From the NCBI RefSeq assembly GCF_009914755.1, contig NC_060947.1: 64,000 bases of DNA, one strand, 5' to 3'. Of the stretch, positions 50,535 to 64,000 are shown one piece after another (within the stretch, counting starts at the first letter, position 1; each line of letters begins with the position of its first letter). The notes under the pieces were generated by a model, which was not told the origin of the DNA, searched no databases, and worked only from the letters and a program-made list of their open reading frames with translations. Made by a program: the position numbers and the translations under genes. Source of the stretch: the human T2T-CHM13v2.0 reference genome, Homo sapiens.

Positions 50535-50840
50535 TGGGTAATTTACATTTGAGGCAAGACCTGAAATAAAGTGATGAAATGAGTCACATGACATTTAGAG
50601 GGAAAGAGCAATCCAGAGAAAAGAAACAGCAATTTTGTAGGGTGGGAGTAAGTTCATTCTTAGGAAGCAGTGGGAGGAAGTATAATGTAAAACTTAAACT
50701 CTGGATTCAGACAGATGGACTGCTATCTTATTGCTGTCTCTTATTAAGCTGAGTGATATTAGGCATGTGTCTCAGCCCTTTTTACTTCAAGATTCTCATA
50801 TGTGAAACAGATATAAAAGTACCCAATTCTCAAAAAGTAA
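50535..50840. mobile_element. Ancient L2-like and MIR-like fragments
   Basis: ACATTTGAGGCAAGACCTGAA (L2-like); CTCTGGATTCAGACAGA...CTCATATGTGAAAC (MIR-like). Confidence 0.45.
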
Positions 50841-51289
50841 AACTAATGTGAATTTATAGGCATCACTTAACCTCTTAGCATCTTGATTTGTTCAGATCAT
50901 TCACATATTTACTTGCCAGTCTCCCATCTAGTTTGTCAGCCAGGAACAAAAATCACTGATAACTCCAAAAGGCTGTTCCTCTTCATTATCTTTATTATTA
51001 TCGTGATTGTATCATCATCACTGTTCTCTCTTCAAGAACTAATTAATAAGCTTGCTAGGCAGCAGAAGCTGAATATCTTGTTGTCAGGAATGATGACCAC
51101 TCTGAAGTGAAAACAGGCAATGCCTGACTGCTTGGTGTTCATTTGTGTAGTCTTCTTAGGAGAGTTCCCTTCAGGATTTCACAATGAATCCCAGATTACT
51201 CTGAAGGCTGTCCTTCTGGAACTGCGAGGTTAGACTCAAATTTTCATTAATGTAACTGAGAGTGCTAGTGTAAACAGACGTTCAGGTTG

Positions 51290-52076
51290 TAAGGCAGGAG
51301 AATAGGGTCTGAAGGCAGGGAATCTAAGGCCAATTTGTACTGACTTCCTAAAGCTGAATCAAGGGAAAACACTAAGGTCTGCGGTCATGAAATAATGGGG
51401 CCAAATAATGCTAACTCCCTAAAAGCGAAAACACCAATGTCTGGAGGCAGGGAATCTGAGGCCAATTTGTGCTGACTCTAAAAAAGAAAACACCAAGGCT
51501 AGGGGCAGGGTATCTAAGACCAATCTGTGATAATTTACTAAAGTTAAATCAAAGGGAAAACACCTGGGTCTTGGAGCAGGGACCCTAAGGCCAATTAAAG
51601 CAAACTTCCTAAAGCTAAACAAAAGAGAAAAACCCCATCTCCCCATGCCAGAGTAGCAAAGGACCAAAGGTTATTTTCCCTACAACCCTCCCCCTTCCAT
51701 CATGTCTCAGACAGAAAGGGAAAGTGCCCTATATTGGCTGCTGGCCAAGCCTGGGCCATCCCTTCATCTGCATAGGGTGCCAATTTACCTCAGCATTTAA
51801 TTAGCCACAGACTAAATTATTCATCCAGATGAGGAGTAACTGATAGGGACCTCAAAAGGAATACTTAAAATCATGAAAACATTGTAACTGGACCCTTGAG
51901 CTGCTTGCTCAGGCTCATTCCCACCCTGTAGAGAGCTTTCTCACTTTAATAAATCCCTGCTTTCACTGCTTCATTACTGTTTTGTTCCTTTGTTACTTTG
52001 TGTGTTGTGTCCAATTCTTTGTTCAAAACGCCAAGGAGCTGGACATCTCACAATCAAGGCTTGCCTTCTGGTAACA
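51290..52076 (+). mobile_element. MER51-family solo LTR with five U3 repeat units
   Basis: T(A)AGGCAGGAGAATAGGGTCTG start, GGTAACA end; perfect TSD GTTG at 51286-51289 and 52077-52080; AATAAA near 51948. Confidence 0.8.
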
Positions 52077-52949
52077 GTTGCACACTACATAGGGAGATCC
52101 CAGAAATGGGTTGGAATTTTCTAGACTTCAATATAAAGTTTTGATCTGCCATGCTCCTCAGGCTTTGTATTTTCAGATAATGAATGCTACTTTTATTGTT
52201 TATTTTTATCTTATAATAATTTAAACCCTCTCCTCTAGATCAACAGAACAGCCATTGAACTGAGGTTCTTGACCTCTTGTGTGAAGAAGAGGGAAATATG
52301 TACATCTGTAGCAGGAATGTTAACTTCAGAGAAGGTTAATATTAACACACACACTTTTCTCTAGGCTAGTAGAATTTCTGTCATGCATCTACCTTTCCTG
52401 CTAGCCAGCCAGCCATCCAGCAAATATTTTGAACAACCATAAGGTGGAAAGGTGCTAGGAAGGCTTGGGAATCTCATTTCCAAAATGTATAAACTAAGTC
52501 ATTATGAGAGCTTGCAGAAGCAAATAGACATTTTAATAGATCATTAAGTGCAATGGTGTGATTGCTATGTAGGAATAATTATAGCAGTACAAAATATTAC
52601 AACTCTATATTCTGAGGAATCCCTCTTTTTATAGAAGAGTGATTGGGTTTATTTAATCTCTTCCTGGTGAAGATAATAAAGATGTATATGAGGTTGAATG
52701 GAGAAACTAGAAATCTCTTTCTTCTCTCTATAGAATATAAGACAAGTAATCTCCACTGAGAAAGTACCATCTGGACAATAAAGGTGTAGGTTTGTTGCCC
52801 ATATACATAGGCAACTCTTTTTTTTACATTAATTTTGAGAAACAGGGTTTTTTTCGTGTTCAAATCCAGGCCAAGGTGTAACTGTGGGGACTGCTGCTCC
52901 AAGAAATTCTAGGAATGGAGCAGAATAAAACCACTTTTATGCCATCTTT

Positions 52950-54273
52950 GTCTTTGAGAGCTCGTTGTTCACAATCTCCCTGAGTTAGCACACCTGTGGA
53001 AATAGCATTGCATTGATGCAGCCATGATTAAAAAACCAGTACCTTTCATGAGGTGGCCCAAAACACACCTAGGTCTGCCTAAATCACACCTGTGTCAGCC
53101 AAATAGTGCTGCAATAAAATGTGGGGAGTAAAGCCTTGAACTTTTTTGTCCCTCAAGGCCCTGGTATTCTGTGCCTGTGCTGGAAGAGGCAGTTCCAATG
53201 ATCTCTGAAATTATTCTGGCGTCATTTTTCTATTATCTTAATAAGTAGCACCATCCTTCTACTCATCTATACTAATCTTCTTATCAAGTGGTTGCTTGGC
53301 CACACCCTTTGTGTTTTCTTCTGATTATGGTTTTTCATTTTTGAAACATGACCAGGCTAATAATTTTCCAAATATTAAAGTTTTTCTTCCCTTTGGAATA
53401 TAAATGTAATATTTACTTTGTTTTCCTCTTCTCACATTTTATTATAAGCAGTCAAGAAAAGCCATGCTGCACCCTCAACACTTCACTGAGATATTCCTTT
53501 TGCCAAATATCTTATTTCATCACATATAAGTTCTACATTCCATAAATCTCTAGAATGTGAACACAATTCAGATGAATTCTTTGCCATTTACAACAAGGAG
53601 GACATTTCCTCCAGTTTCCAATAACATGTTTCTCATTTCCAAGGCTTCATCAGAATGGCCATTACTGTCCATATTTCTACCAACATTCTGTTCATGAGCG
53701 CTTAGGTAGTAATCCCTAAGAAGATTTAGGCTTCTCTAAAGCTCTCCTCTTCTGAGTCCTCAGCAGAATCAGCCTTTATGATCTATTTATGGCAATATTA
53801 GCTTTTCTTAGTATGCATTTCAAAATTCTCCTAGTGTCTACCCATTACCCATTTCCAAAGCTGTTTCTGCATCTTTAGGTATTTGTTACAGCAATATCCC
53901 ACTTCTCAGCACCAGTTTCTACCTCTTCCATTTGAATTGCTACAACAAAATACTTTACTGAAAAGTTTATAAACAACAGAAATTTATTCTACATAGTTCT
54001 GAAGGCTGGTAAGTCAAAGATCAAGGTGCCAGCAGATTCAGTGTTTATTGAGGACCAGTTTCTTATATACGGTGTTTTTGTGCTGTCTCCTCACATGGCA
54101 AAAAGAGAAAACAAGCTCCCTTAAACCTATTTTATAAGGCACTAATCCCATTTATAAGGGTTGAGTCCTTAAGACCTAATCACCTCCAAAAGACCTCATC
54201 TCTTAATATCATTATCTTGGCAGTTAGGTTTGAATGTGTGAATTTTGGGGAAACAAAAAATCAGGCCACAGAA
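52950..54273 (-). mobile_element. MLT1A-type MaLR: 5' LTR (53920-54273) plus internal sequence
   Basis: AAACAACAGAAATTTATT...GATCAAGGTGCCAGCAGATTC LTR motifs; CAGCACCAGTTTCT internal junction. Confidence 0.75.
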
Positions 54274-55840
54274 AGTCTTTGTCTTCAAATATAGTCACAT
54301 TTAAATATAGTCATATTACTTCAACTTCTGTCTTTGGGTAGTGGTATGAACATTCAGTCCATAACACAATGTTAATAAATATTTATATTTTCACTGAGTC
54401 CTTTGGTTTCTCTTAAAAATAGCCAGTCCACTGCCAAGCAAATCTGTTAATTTCTTTGTTGTCTAGTGCTCCTGGTAAGGAGGGAGTTTGGCATTATACA
54501 GCTTGCTGGAGTTAGTGCTCATCACTTCTATAATGACTTTACAAGCAGGGAAGTTTATTTCTAGTGCTCTGGACCACAGTTTTCAATCAACATTTGAATT
54601 GGACTCCTTGCATTGCAGAGTTGGAAAATAGTTATGTTGAGTCATTAGCCCCAGAAAAGCAATCAAAGTATCCATATAATTTAGGAATATAAGTCAGAAC
54701 AAGGCCTACAGTTTTCTTCCTCATCACTGTAGCATGTGCAACTGATAACAGTAGTAACGGCTGACCTGCCACCAACACATTCAAAGAACCTAAGGACAAC
54801 TTTACTTCAGGCATTTGGGTACCAAAATCTCTGATCAGTGTTCTGCCATGGAAATATTAATGGGGTACATAGGAACTGGATGTCTGTCTTATGAGTGGCA
54901 GATACCACTAGCTCACACTTCTGCCCCACCTTCATCAGTAGATTTGAATTTTCTCCTAAATTTATTCATTAATTTGATATGAAGATTCATGAGAAAAAAT
55001 CTTCTAAAAATTACTGTATTCCATAACTCTGTAATTTAATTATGCCTCAATCCCACTTCGGGTCAGAGGTACATAGTGATTTAAAGTTTTTCCAAAGCTA
55101 GCTGCAGTAGTAGAGAAACATGGTTTGAAAACAGTTCCATGAAGTAACCCTATCTATTTTACTCTCTCATACACATGAACTAAATATTCTTGTCAACTCC
55201 TTAGTTCATCCTTAATAACCCAAAACTATCAAGAGCATTTATGCAGTAAAGTTACCTCATTCCTTCCTCAAAATCTTTAAGGTAATCTAGGTAAATATTT
55301 AATACTTTTATTTGTTTTCTATTTTTTATTTTGTTAAAATATATGTAACATTAAATTTACCATTTAAAATGTTTTATGTGTACAATTCAGTTGCTTTAAT
55401 TACATTTATAAGGTTGCACAACCAGCACCACAATCTATTTCCAAACTTTTTTTTATCATTCCAAATAGAAACTCAGCAACCATTAAGCAACAACTCTCCA
55501 TTCTTCTCTCCCCCAACCCGGGTAACCTCTAATTTAATTTCTATCTAGGTGAATTTGCCTATTCTAAATATTTAATGTAAATAGAATCATAAAATATTTG
55601 TCCTTTTGTGTCTAGCTTATGACATAGAGCATAATGTTTGCAGGGTTCATCCATATTGTAGCATGGGTCAGAGTTGTATTCCTTCATATAGCTGAATAAT
55701 ATTTCCTTGTATGTATATACTTTTTTAATCCAGTTATTTGTTGATGGGCTGAAGTGATAGCCAAATTTTAGAAAACTGTTTCCACTTTTGGCTATTACGA
55801 ATATTGCTGTGATAAAATTTGGAATATATTATATATTTGA

Positions 55841-56282
<442 letters not shown>

Positions 56283-57127
56283 TGTTTTCCTTTTTAAAAA
56301 TCACTGGTATAACCATCCTAGTAGGTGTCACGTGGAATTTTATTGTAATATTGGTTTGCATTTCTCTAATAACTTATTATTTTGAGCATCTTTTTTTGAA
56401 CTTATTGGCAATTTGTATATCTTCTTTGCGGATATGTCTAAACAAGTCCCATGCAATTTTTAAATTGAGTTATTTGTCTATTTGTGGTTTATTTTGGAAG
56501 TTCTTTATTTTTACTGCCTATCAAACTCTTATCAGGTATAAGTTGTGCAAATATTTTGTCCAATTTGGTAGGTTGTTTTTAACCTTCTTGATAATGTCCT
56601 TTAAGGCACAAAAGTTTTCAATGTCAATGAAGTTCAATTTATCTATTTTTTTTTCTTCCACTCTTTTTGGTTTTGGAGTGCAAACGAGTCCATCGCCAAA
56701 TCCAAGGTCAGGAAGACTTACCTGTAAGTGTTCTTCTAAATGTATCATGGTTTAAGTTAATTTTTATATGGTGTAATGTGGGGGTCCAAATTTGTTTTGC
56801 ATATGAATATTAATCTATCCCAGCACTATTTTTTGAAGAGACCATTTTTTTCCCATTGAGGTTACTGGACACCCTTGTCAAACACCAATCAGCCATTAAT
56901 GGTTGAGTTTATATCTGAACTCTCAATTCTATTCCATGGATTTGCATGTCTATCTTTATAAGAGTCCTGCAATGTTTTGATTACCGTTGCTTGTAGTAAG
57001 TTTAAAAATTGGTAAATGTGGATAATCTGCATTTACTTTTTTTCAAAATTGTTTTGATAATTTGGGACTGTTGCAACTTAACATGAATGTAAAAATTGCT
57101 ACTGTATTTTGGAAAAAATACTTTTGA

Positions 57128-57425
<298 letters not shown>

Positions 57426-57577
57426 CTTTTGAAATTTTTATAGTGATTGTGTTGAATCTATAGATCACTGTGAATAGTATTAGCATCTTAACATTACTTC
57501 ATCTTCTTACACAGGAAAATAAAATATCTTTCCATTTATTCAAGTCATCTTTAATTTCTTTAAAAAATGTTTTTTAT

Positions 57578-57866
57578 GGCTAGGTGTGATGGCTCATGTC
57601 CATAATCCTAGCACTTTAAAAGGCTGAGTTAGGAGATTCACTTGAGCTTAGAAGTTTGAGACCAGCCTGAGGAACATGGTGTGACCCTGTATCTACAAAA
57701 AAAAAAAAAATTAAAATTGGCCAGGTATGGTGGCATGTACCTGTAGTCCCACCTTAATGAGAGACTAAGGGGAGAGGATTGCTTTAGTCCAGGAGGTCAA
57801 GGCTGCAGTGAGTTTTGATTGCTCCACCAAACTCCGGCTTCAGTGACAGATTTTGTCTCCAAAAAA
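57578..57866 (+). mobile_element. AluJ
   Basis: CACTTGAGC...GGAGGTCAAGGCTGCAGTGAG; highly diverged. Confidence 0.9.
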
Positions 57867-58313
57867 TTGTTTGTATTTTCAGAGTACAATTTCTTTCAAT
57901 AATTTTATTATTTCTAGGTATTGGTGTTTGGAGAGACTCAAATATCCAGATACAAGGAGCTCAGAGAACTCCCAGAATATACATTGCGAGAAGAATCTCA
58001 CCAAGGCATATAGTCATCAGACTATCCAAAGTTAAAATGAAAGAAAAAAATATGAAGAGAGGTAAGAGAGAAGTAGTTAATCACTTATAAAGGAAATCCC
58101 ATCAGATTATCAGTGGTTTTCTCAGGAGAAAACCTACAAGCCAAATACATTGGGGGCCTATTTTTAGCCTCTTTAAAGAAAAATATGTCAGTCAACAATT
58201 CTATATTCTGCCAAACTGAGCTTCATAAAAGAAGAAATAAAGTCTGTCCCAAATAAACAAACACTAAGGAAAGTGTCACGCCACTAGGTCATTTCTGTAA
58301 GAAATAGTCAACT

Positions 58314-58620
<307 letters not shown>

Positions 58621-59785
58621 CTAAACATGAAAACAAAAACACAATATACAACATCATAAAAGGACAAATAAATACAAAGCTCACAGATACTATGAAGCAA
58701 TTATACAATTGGAACTCCATGCTACTAACTAACAATACTATGGCAGAAACAAAACACACACATCACACACATTGAATGTAAATGGTCTAAATATTTCACT
58801 TATGGATACAGAGTGGAAAATTGGATAAAAAATAAGAACAAATCTTCTGCTGCCTACAAGTGACTCACCTACTGGCTAAAGCAAGCTACAGACTCAAAAT
58901 AAAGGAATGGAAAAAGTATATTACACCAAATGAAAAACAGAAGCAAGGAAGTGTAGCCATTCTCATATCAGATAAAACAGACTCTAAACTAACAATAGTA
59001 AGCAAAAATACAACAAAGTACATTAAATAATGATAAAGTCTTCAATACAAGAAGATTTTACTATCCTAAATATATATGCACCCAATACTGGAGCACCCAA
59101 ATTAATAAAACAAACACTAGTAGACCTAAGAAAACAGACTGATCACAATACAATAACAGCAGGGGACTTCAACACTCCACTGACATCAGCAGACAGATCA
59201 TGAAGGAAGAAAATCAACAAACTCTGGTTTTTAACTGAACCCTAGACCGAATGGACCTAATAGACACTAACAGAACACTCTACAAAACAACTTCAGAATA
59301 TACATTTATTTCCTCTGCACACTGAACATTCTCCAGAATTTACTATATGCTTGGCAATAAAGCAAGTCTCAATACATTCAGACATCAAAATTATATGAAG
59401 TGTCTGCTCATACCACAGTAGAATAAAATTAGAAATCAATACCAAGAAGAACTCAAAATTACACAAGTACATAGAAACTAAACAACATGCTCTGGAACAA
59501 CTTTTGGATAAACTGTAAAATAAAGGCAGAAACCATAAAATGTTTTAAAACAAATGAAACATAGCAACAAGCAGAAACACAGCATACCAAAACTACTGGA
59601 ATACAGCAGAAACAGCTAAGAGAAAAATTAATATCATTAAATGCCTACATTGAAAACTAGAAAGATTTTAAATTAAGAATCTAATATCAAAACTCAAGGA
59701 ACTAGAAACACAAGGACAACCTAACCCGAACACTAGCAGAAGAAACCTCAAAGGTGGCAGAATAACAAAGATCAGATCACAATTA

Positions 59786-60494
59786 AAGGTCAGGAAACAA
59801 CAGGTGCTGGAGAGGATGTGGAGAAATAGGAACACTTTTACACTGTTGGTGGGACTGTAAACTAGTTCAACCATTGTGGAAGTCAGTGTGGCGATTCCTC
59901 AGGGATCTAGAACTAGAAATACCATTTGACCCAGCCATCCCATTACTGGGTATATACCCAAAGGATTATAAATCATGCTGCTATAAAGACACATGCACAC
60001 GTATGTTTATTGCAGCACTATTCACAATAGCAAAGACTTGGAACCAACCCAAATGTCCAACAATGATAGACTGGATTAAGAAAATGTGGCACATATACAC
60101 CATGGAATACTATGCAGCCATAAAAAATGATGAGTTCATGTCCTTTGTAGGGACATGGATGAAGCTGGAAACCATCATTCTCAGCAAACTATCACAAGGA
60201 CAAAAAACCAAACACCGCATGTTCTCACTCATAGGTGGGAATTGAACAATGAGAACACATGGACACAGGAAGAGGAACATCACACTCTGGGGACTGTTGT
60301 GGGGTGGGGGGAGGGGGAGGGATAGCATTAGGAGATATACCTAATGTTAAATGACGAGTTAATGGGTGCAGCACACCAACATGGCACAGGTATATGTAAG
60401 AAACCTGCACATTGTGCACATGTACCCTAAAACTTAAAGTGTAATAATAATAAAATAAATAAATAAATAAATAAATAATAAATAAATAAATAAA
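59786..60494 (+). mobile_element. Young 5'-truncated L1PA3-like insertion with (TAAA)n tail
   Basis: Near-consensus ORF2 C terminus (123 aa); CACACTCTGGGGACTGTTGTGGGG and TACCCTAAAACTTAAAG diagnostics. Confidence 0.88.
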
Positions 60495-61731
60495 GAATTG
60501 CCAGTGATAACAAGAATGAAGTCATCAGTAAACCTACAGAAACATGCAATAATACTTTTATAATCTCTTCTCCTCAGTATAAAAGTAATATAACTTCTAA
60601 AGTGGTAAGTTTTTTTTACAATAAGCATGCATTCATATATTACTTTCATAATAAAAAGACTATAAAAATGCAAATAAAAAAGATTGAGACAATGATAAAA
60701 AGTATCAATAAAACAAAAGTTGGCCCTTTGAAGAGATAAAATTGACAGACCATTACCTAGACTAACCACGAAAAAAGGGAAAAATTTAAATTAGCACAAT
60801 AAAAAAAATGAGCGTGGCATTACAACTGGTACAACAGAAATACAAAAGATTGCCAGAGACTATTGTGAACACCTCTATGTACACAAAGTACAAAACCTAG
60901 AGGAAATAAATGAATTTCTGGAAACCTCTCAAGAGTAAACTAAGAAGAAATATGAATCCTGAACAGACTAATAATGAGTAATACAGTAGAATCAGCAATA
61001 AAATATCCTTCTCCAACAACAACAGAAAACCCAGGACCAGGTGGAGTCACAGGCAAATTTTACCACATGTATAAAAAACATTGTATCAATCTTACTGAAA
61101 CTATCCAAAAAAATCAAGGAAAAGGAATTCCTCCCTAATTCATTCTATGAAACCAGTATCACTCTGATAATCATGCAAAGATACAACAACAACAACAAAA
61201 AAAAAAACTACAGGCCAGTATCCCTGATGAACTTAAATACAAAAATCCTCAGGAAAATACTAGCAAACCACATCCAGCTGCACATAAAGAAGATAATAAA
61301 TTATGATTAAGTGGATTCTATTCTAGGATGAAAGGATGGTTCCACATACACAAATAAATAAATGAGATTCACCTCAAACAGAATTAAAACCAAAAACCAT
61401 AAGATCATCTTAATAGATGCAGAAAAAGCTTTTGATAAAATTAAACATCCCTTCATGATAAATAACCTCAACAAGCTAGGCATCAAAGGAACATACCTCA
61501 AAATAATGAGAGCCATATATGATAAACAGCTAAAACAGCATAGTATTGGCACAAAAATGGACACATAGATCAATGGAATAAAATAAAAAATATAGAAATT
61601 AAGCCACATAGCTATAACCAACTGATTCTCAACTAAGTAACAAAAATAAACAATGGGGAAAGGACATTCTAGTGAATAAATGATGCTGAAAAAAAATGGA
61701 CAGCCATATGCAGAAAAATGGAACTGAACAT

Positions 61732-62008
61732 TGTGAAAGGAAATTAACTTGGGCCCCCAAAATCACTAAGGAAAACTTAAGCTGGAAACTGCTCCGGGAA
61801 AACCTGCCTCCCATTCTATTCAAAGTTATCCCTCTGTTACTGAGATAGATGCATATCTGATTACCACCTTTGGAAATGCTAATCAGAAACTCAAAAAATG
61901 CAACCATTTGTTTTTCACCTGTGTGAGCTGGAAGCTCCCTCCCCACTTCGAGTATTCCTGCTTTTGCTTCAAGTTGTCCTGCCTTTCCAGACTGAACCAA
62001 TGTACTTC
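61732..62008 (+). mobile_element. MER4A LTR 5' part
   Basis: Homologous to 49997-50260. Confidence 0.85.
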
Positions 62009-63311
62009 TGATATGGTTTGGCTGTGTCCCCATGCAAATCTCAAATTGAATTGTGTCTCCCAGAATCTCCACCTGTTCTGGGAGGGACCCAGGAGGAGAT
62101 AATTGAATCACAGGGGCCAGTCTTTCCCTTACCATTCTCATGATAGTGAATAAGTCTCACAAGATCTGATGGGTTTATCAGGGATTTCTGCTTTTACTTC
62201 TTCCTCATTTTTTCTTGCAGCCACCATGTAAGAAGTGTCTTTCACCTCCCACCATGATTCTGAGACCTCCCCAGCCATGTGAAACTGTAAGTCCAATTCA
62301 ACCTCTTTTTCTTCCCAGACTTAGATATGTCTTTATCAGCAGTGTGAAAATAGACTAATACAGTAAATTGGTACCAGTAGAGGGGGGAATTGCTGAAAAG
62401 ATAACCAAAAATGTGGACGTGACTTTGGAACTGGGTAACAGGTAGAGGTTGGAAGTTTGGAGAGCTCAGAAGACAGGAAAATGTGGTAAAGTTTGGAACT
62501 TCCTAAAGGCTTGTTGAATGGTTTTACCCAAAATGCTGATAGCAATATGGAAAATAAGATCCAGGCTCAGGTGGTCTCAGGTGGAGATGAGGAACTTGTT
62601 GGGAACCAGAGCAAAGGTGAGTCTTGTTATGTTTTAGCAAAGAGATTGGTGGCATTTTGCCCCTGCCTTAGAGATTTGTGGAACTTTGAACTTGAGAAAG
62701 ATGATTTAGAGTATCTGGTGGAAGAAATTCAGCAGCAAAGCATTCAAGAGGTGAATTGGGATATTAAAGGCATTCAGTTTTAAAAGGGAAACAGCATAAA
62801 AGGTCAGAAAATTTGCAGGCTGAATATGATATAGAAAAGAAAAACTCATTTTCTGGGAAGAAATTCATGCCCACTGCAGAAATCTACATAAGTAGCAAGA
62901 AGCTTAATGATAATTCCCAAGACAATGGGGAAAATGTCTCCAAGGCATGTCAGAGGTCTTCACAGCAGCCCCTCCCATCACAGACCCCAAGGTCCAGGAG
63001 GAAAAAGTGGTTTGTGGGCCAGGCCCAGGGTCCCTGTGCTGCATACAGCCTAGGGAGTTGGTGCCCTGTGTCCCAGCTACTGCAGCCATGGCTGACAGAG
63101 GGTAATGTAGAGCTCAGGCTGTGGCTTCAGAGGGTGGAGGCTCCAAGCCTTGGCAGCTTCCACATGGTGTTAAGCCTGCAGATGCACAGAAGTCAGGAAT
63201 TGAGGTATGGGAATCTCCACCTAGATTTCAGATGTATGGAAACATCTGGATGCCCAGGCAAAAGTTTGCTGCAGGGAAGGGGCTCTCATGGAAAACCTCT
63301 GCTAGGGTAGT
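62009..63311 (+). mobile_element. THE1A-like 5' LTR (62009-62362) plus THE1 internal sequence, truncated
   Basis: TGATATGGTTTGGCTGTGTCCCC...ACTAATACA, then GTAAATTGGTACCAGTAGAG. Confidence 0.88.
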
Positions 63312-63910
63312 GTGGAAGGAAAAATTGCACATTCTAAAATATTTGAAGAGATTTATTCTGAGCCAAATATGAGTGTTCAAGGCCTGTGACACAGCCCTCA
63401 GTTGGTCCTTAGAACATGTGACCAAGGTAGTTTGGGGTGCAGCTTGGGTTTATACATTTTAGGAAAATTTGAGACTTCAATCATATACATTTATGAAATA
63501 CATTGGTTCAGTACAGAAAGGTGGGACAACTTGAAGCAGAGGCTTTCAGTGTACAGGTAGACTTAAAAGTTTTTGGAATGAAAATAGGTTGAATTTGTTT
63601 AAAGACCTGGTATCAACAGAAAGGAAACGTCTGAGTTGTGATAAGAGGGTGTGTAGAAGAAAATTTTATCATGCAGATGAAGCCTCCAGGTAGCAGCTTT
63701 CAAAGAGAACAGATTGTAAATGCTACTTATCAGACTTAAGGTCTGTGTTGATGTTAATATAGGAGAGAGATAATGAAGCATGTCTGAGCCCCAGTTCTCA
63801 TCTTGAACTAAACCAATCTTTCAGGTTAAATTTTAAGAGTTCACTGGCTGAAAAGGAAGCTTATTCAGAAGGTTGGGGGGTGGGACTCAGAATTTTATTT
63901 TTGGTTTAAA
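63312..63910 (-). mobile_element. MER4B-like LTR
   Basis: Homologous to 39301-39903. Confidence 0.82.
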
Positions 63911-64000
63911 ATATGATCTTATTTCTTTTTTATGGCTGCATAACATTCTATGGCTTTTATGTACCACATTTTCTTTATCCAGTCTGCATTTATGGGCATT
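63911..64000 (-). mobile_element. L1PA/L1PB 3' region fragment
   Basis: TTTTTATGGCTGCATA...TACCACATTTTCTTTATCCAGTC. Confidence 0.7.

Noticed and set aside
51306-51620. CRISPR-like or other repeat-spacer array (also 20-1150 and 22690-22860)
   Set aside because: Degenerate tandem units internal to known LTR, L1 or MaLR elements in primate DNA; no unique spacers and no cas genes
62493-63372. ORFs of 83-165 aa as novel genes
   Set aside because: They lie within THE1 internal sequence and are remnants of the MaLR ORF or chance frames

Overview
Eukaryotic, AT-rich, almost entirely repeat-derived primate DNA; AluY and an L1PA3-type 3' end point to a hominoid, probably human or great ape. I see no intact protein-coding gene: nearly all ORF-track entries are fragments of L1 ORF1/ORF2, ERV gag/pol/env, Alu or MaLR. 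Main contents: (1) a deeply nested L1 cluster at 1-20.9 kb, including a full-length L1PA7-like and a full-length L1MA2-like element; (2) a 3'-truncated tailless 5S rRNA retrocopy; (3) a processed MDH1 pseudogene at 25.85-27.17 kb that still shows the UGA-CUAG readthrough/peroxisomal extension; (4) a decayed class I ERV with MER57-type LTR, tRNA-Leu PBS and gag-pro-pol-env at 28.4-39.3 kb, hit by two L1s and cut by a MER4B provirus; (5) further L1, Alu, MER4, MER51, THE1 and MLT elements. I found no evidence of a genuinely new functional system. The best leads are retrotransposition and mutation fossils: readthrough fossil, transductions, templated insertions and fold-back palindromes. Subfamily names come from recalled consensus sequences, not from a search, and boundaries without TSDs are approximate.
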